This document shows positions 59,565 to 64,000 of a stretch of 64,000 nt of DNA, in pieces (the first letter of the stretch is position 1; each line of letters starts with the position of its first letter). The notes beneath the pieces are model-generated. The model ran no database searches, had not been told where the DNA came from, and saw only the letters and a program-made list of their open reading frames with translations. The DNA comes from Camelus dromedarius (lineage: Eukaryota). The stretch covers positions 11,348,001 to 11,412,000 of the forward strand of contig NC_087437.1 in NCBI RefSeq assembly GCF_036321535.1. The letters run 5' to 3'. Made by a program: the position numbers and the translations under genes.

Positions 59565-60855
59565 CTGTGAGTAAGTTTTATTGGATATTTTAGTTAATTA
59601 GTATACTTGAATATGAGTCATAAAAAACTCTATATACTGGGAGGATATTCAGTGCTGGAGCCAACGTGCAATTCTCTCTTTTATAAAATCAAGCTATAAT
59701 TTCTTTTTAAAACCAGGATATTTACATGAAGCTGTAATGCATGTGGCTTATGAAGCAACCGAAGAAATCAATCTTTTTTCCCATTCTACTTCCCAAGATT
59801 TGCAGCCCTAGACAAGGAGGGAAAGGACAGTTAATGAAAGCAACGTTTGGATCCTTCTACACTGTCCATTCATGAGCTTGGCTAAATTCAGAAAGCAGAC
59901 AGCTGTGGGAACCAGTGCTGTGGTGTGAGGTTAAGAAAGGGCTTTTCCAGGGCAAAGGGAGCCCATCTCTGATGCCCTTTAAGAAGCCACTCTCTGACCT
60001 TGACCTGGGAGGAACAGAATAGCTCTACTATTTCTTCCCAAACAGAGGTTCTTGTGATAAGAGAAGACATCCAACTGGGCCCAATTTGAATTCCTGGAAG
60101 CTCCTTACCAGTATCTTACCAGAATTGGTAAAAACCTAGTAACTTTTGAGTCCAAATGGGTCTAAGTTCCCCATAGCCTAATTTCTCAATCAAGTACACA
60201 CTGTGTGTCTCAATGCATACTATGGTTACTATGACAACAACACTTTTTTCCCTTGAGAAATAAGCTAATTTAATAGTCAAAGTACAGGCATGTGGGTGGG
60301 ATCTGGGGAATTTTGTTTCCCAGTAAAAGGTGGCAGGGAAAATGTTGATCACATGCTAAATGACACAGAGAAAAGAATAAAGGTCTTAAGTTAATGTTTG
60401 TATTTTAGCTCAAGATCTGTAAATGAAGATATATACATTCAAATACATCAAAAATTATAGAATACTTATGTTCAAAGCACAGCTAATAAAAATAAGGTCT
60501 ACTTTCGTATTTCGAGCGGTGTGTAAATGCTAGCTTCATGAAACACTGGAGAAAATTTTCTCCTGGTAACATCCTGTTCACAGATACCAGGTGAGCAATT
60601 ACATGAACTTAAAGTGTTCATTTAATATTTAGGTATCCTCCAGTAGTAACTAAATCAGTTTACTCATTGGAGTTTTTCAAGGGGACAGGCACATCATTAG
60701 AAAGATGCCCAGTGTTCAGTTTCTCAGCGATTAAGATTCTTTTTCGCTGTTTTGCCCATTTCATTCTAAGCCTGTGGTTTTAAAAGCTGTTTTTCTTTCC
60801 TTCATGTGAAAGCTACGGGAAGCCCAGTCAGTGAAGCAGAGTCATTCGGAGAAAC

Positions 60856-62724
60856 ATCAAAAAATAAAATATGTAGGAGTAAGCATAGCCAAGAATGTAA
60901 GAGACTTTTATGCTGAGGACTGTGAAACATCGGTAAAGGAAACTGAAGGTGATTCAAAGAGACAGAAAGATAGCCCATGCTCTTGCACTGGAAGAATTAG
61001 TATTGTTAAATTGGCCATTCTACCCAAAGCAATCTACAGATTTAATGGGATCCTTATCAAATTACCCATGACATTTTTCACAAAATGAGAACAAATAATC
61101 CTAAAATTCTTATGGACTCATAGAAGACCTGAATTGCCAAAGCAATACTGAGGAAAAAGAGCAAAACTGGACGCATAGTCTTTCCAGCCTTCAGACAATA
61201 CTACAGAGCAACAGTAATCAAGACAATGAGGTATTGGCATAAAAACAGACGTATGTGTGGATCAATGGAACAGAATAGAGGGCCCAGAAATAAACCCACT
61301 GACTTATGGTCAATTAATCTTTGACAAAGGAGGCACGAACATACAATGGAGAAAAGACAGTCTCTTCAGCAAGTGGTGTTGGGAAAACTGGACAACTGCA
61401 TGTGAATCAGTGAAGTTAGAACACTCCCTCACACCATACACAAAAATAAAGTAAAAAATGATTTAAAGACTAGTATAAGACAGGACACCATAAAACTCCT
61501 AGAAAAGAACACAGGGAAAACATTCTCTGACATAAATCGTAGCAATGTTCTCCTAGGTCAGTCCTCAAGGGCAATAGAAATAAAAACAAAAAGAAACAAA
61601 TGGGACCTAATCAAATGTGTAAGCTTTTGCACAGCAAAGGAAACCATAAACAAAAAGACAACTTATGGACTCGGAGAAAATATTTGCAAATGATGTGACT
61701 GACAAGAGTTTAATTTCCAAAATACACAGCTCGTATAACTCAATAACAAAAAAATAAACAACCTAATCAAAAATGACCAGAAGACCTAAATAGACATTTC
61801 TCCAAAGAAGACATACAGGTGGCCAACAGGTACATGAAAAGATGCTCAATATTGCTAATTGTTACAGAAATGCACATCAAAACCACAATGAGGTATCATA
61901 CTGGCCACACCAGTGACCTCATACTGCTCAGAATGGCTGTCATCAAAAAGTCTACAAATAATAAATGCTGGACAGGGTGTGGATTAAAGGGAAGCTTCCT
62001 ATACTGTCAGTGGGAATGTAAATTGGTGCAGCCACTATGGAAAACAGTATGGAGGTTCCTTAAAAAGCTAAAAATAGAGCTACCATATGATCCAGCAATC
62101 CCACTCCTGGGCATATAACTGGAGAAAACTGTAACTCAAAAAGATACATCCCCACCCAATGTTCACAGCAGCACTATTTATAATTGCCAAGACAGGAAAG
62201 CAACCTAAATGCCCATCAACAGATAAATAGACAAAGAAGATATGATATATATATGCAATGGAATACTATTCATCCATAAAAAAGAATAAAATAATGCCAT
62301 TTACAGCAACATAGATAGACCTAGAGATTATCATACTAAGTGTGAAGTCAAAGAAAGACAGATATCATGACATCACTTTTATGTGGAATCTAAAATATGA
62401 TACAAATGAACTTCTTTACAAAACAGAAACAGACTCACAGACCTTGAAAACAAATTTATGGTTACCAAAGGGGAAAGAGGGGGATAAATTAGGAGTTTGT
62501 GATTAACAGATACAAACTACTATATATAAAATAGATAAACAATAACTTCCTACTATACAGTGCAGGGAACTATATTCAATATCTTGTAATAAATGACAAT
62601 AGAAAAGAATCTGGAAAAAAATACATCTAAATCACTTTGCTGTACTCCAGAAAGTAACACAACATTGTAAATCAACTATATGTCAATAAAATTAAAAAAA
62701 TCAATAAAATAAAAAAAAGAAAAA
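60856..62724 (+). mobile_element. L1 (ORF2 C-terminal part plus 3'UTR), 5'-truncated
   Basis: ORF fragments [22 protein letters not shown] and [14 protein letters not shown], with an A-rich tail. Confidence 0.95.
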
Positions 62725-63104
62725 TCTCAATTCCTTCATTTTTAGCAGAATAAATTTAATCTGGGATGATTCAGGGTCTTGGGCATTCAATAAATATTTA
62801 TCGAACCAAAATTTTTGAGCATCAGAATAACAAATGATGTTTCACCATAATCATTGCACATTATCATTGCACTTCCCAGTTCTCTAGAATAAATCTGGTT
62901 TTTATACACTTCTTCTATGTGTATAAATACAAGGAGTACGGAGTGGTAGGTTGAATTTTAGTTCTTAGGTTTCCATCATTTGCTTCTCATAAAAATTCAA
63001 TAAGGGAATTTACGGTTACATGAGGGTCCTAGCTATTTTAATTCTAGGTAACTAAGGTTTTACTCTATATTAATTGTGCCTTCTCTATGGTAGCCTGAAT
63101 TATG

Positions 63105-63189
63105 CACAGAAAATTATATTCAATGGCTTGTAGTAACCTATAATGAAAAAGAATATATATATATGTATATGTGTGTGTATGTGTGTATA

Positions 63190-63225
<36 letters not shown>

Positions 63226-63291
63226 CTGAATCATTATGCTGTACACCAGAAACCAATACAACATTCTAAATCAAAAAAAAAAAAAAAAAAA
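63105..63291 (+). mobile_element. Young L1 3' end with expanded (TA/TG)n
   Basis: 'gtagtaacctataatgaaaaagaata..ctgaatcattatgctgtacaccagaaac' followed by poly-A. Confidence 0.9.
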
Positions 63292-64000
63292 GAGGGAGAG
63301 AGAAAAAACAGGTTGAAAAATTTAGGCACATGATTTGTTATACTACTAGGAGGAGGGGACCAGGGACTATTTGTATGAATTCTTCCTTTTTTAACTGGTT
63401 GGGTCATCATATTTTAGATTATATCTCTGAATATATTTTTGACAAACTGCAGTGCAATCTACTTGCAGTAAAATGTAGGGAAGGACCCAGCCCACAGCTG
63501 GTCCAGACAGAGGGGGTCCTCGGGAGAAGGAGGGGAACATGCAGTGACCTCCGTGGCTAGTTGGCACTGGTGCATCCGTGCCCAACGCGGGATGTGCTGG
63601 CATGGGGCTGAAGTGCCGCCTGTTAGCTTTCTCTCTCCCACTGGGTGCCTGTGTTGTTCCAGCTTAACCAAGGGTCACACACCAGACCCGATGCAACCTC
63701 CTAGAATAAAGTGTAAATAATAAGACCGGCCATAGGTATCTTTGTCACGAATAGTACCTGGCTGTAAAGTCAAGTCCTTCAGCAAAAAGGCAAAAGGCAT
63801 AGTGAGGGGCAGACTTCTTGGAGGGCTGCACTCTGCTTGTTAGCATCCCCCCTCTCTGTCGGAGTGGGTGTTTGCCTCTAGAGATGTTCAAAAGATGTGC
63901 TTCCACTAAGCCAATATCCAAACAGGTGCAGTCCTAGGGATACCCAGGACAGCATGGTTTGCGGTCCGCTCAGCAGGGAAATAAAGGGGCACCAGCAAAA

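Noticed and set aside
63580..64000. Possible LTR at the window end
   Set aside because: No clear termini or TSD visible, and the sequence is truncated by the window edge.

Overview
Mammalian genomic DNA, most likely camelid. The basis for this is nine copies of a tRNA-Ala(AGC)-derived SINE with the tail AATAAACCTAATTACCTCCCC, matching the camelid vic-1-type SINE as I recall it, plus a lineage-type young L1 3'UTR. The window is intronic or intergenic and dominated by interspersed repeats: young and old L1, L2, MIR, hAT-Charlie MERs, solo LTRs, an ancient mariner fragment and an ancient non-LTR RT relic. I could not name any protein-coding gene. A few minus-strand candidate exons exist but match no protein I recognise. 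There are no prokaryotic systems, CRISPR arrays, rRNAs or credible functional tRNAs. The most notable signals are a decayed RTE-like reverse transcriptase (~5.5-6.1 kb), a 33-bp locally templated insertion inside an L1 tail (18.27 kb), a twin-primed L1, a tail-less L1 patch, a low-complexity CpG island with clustered MYB motifs (20.3-21.0 kb), perfect palindromes/hairpins and strong CTCF, RFX and ARE motifs. Repeat family names come from recalled consensus sequences, not a database search, and boundaries of old repeats are approximate. I found no convincing undescribed biological system.
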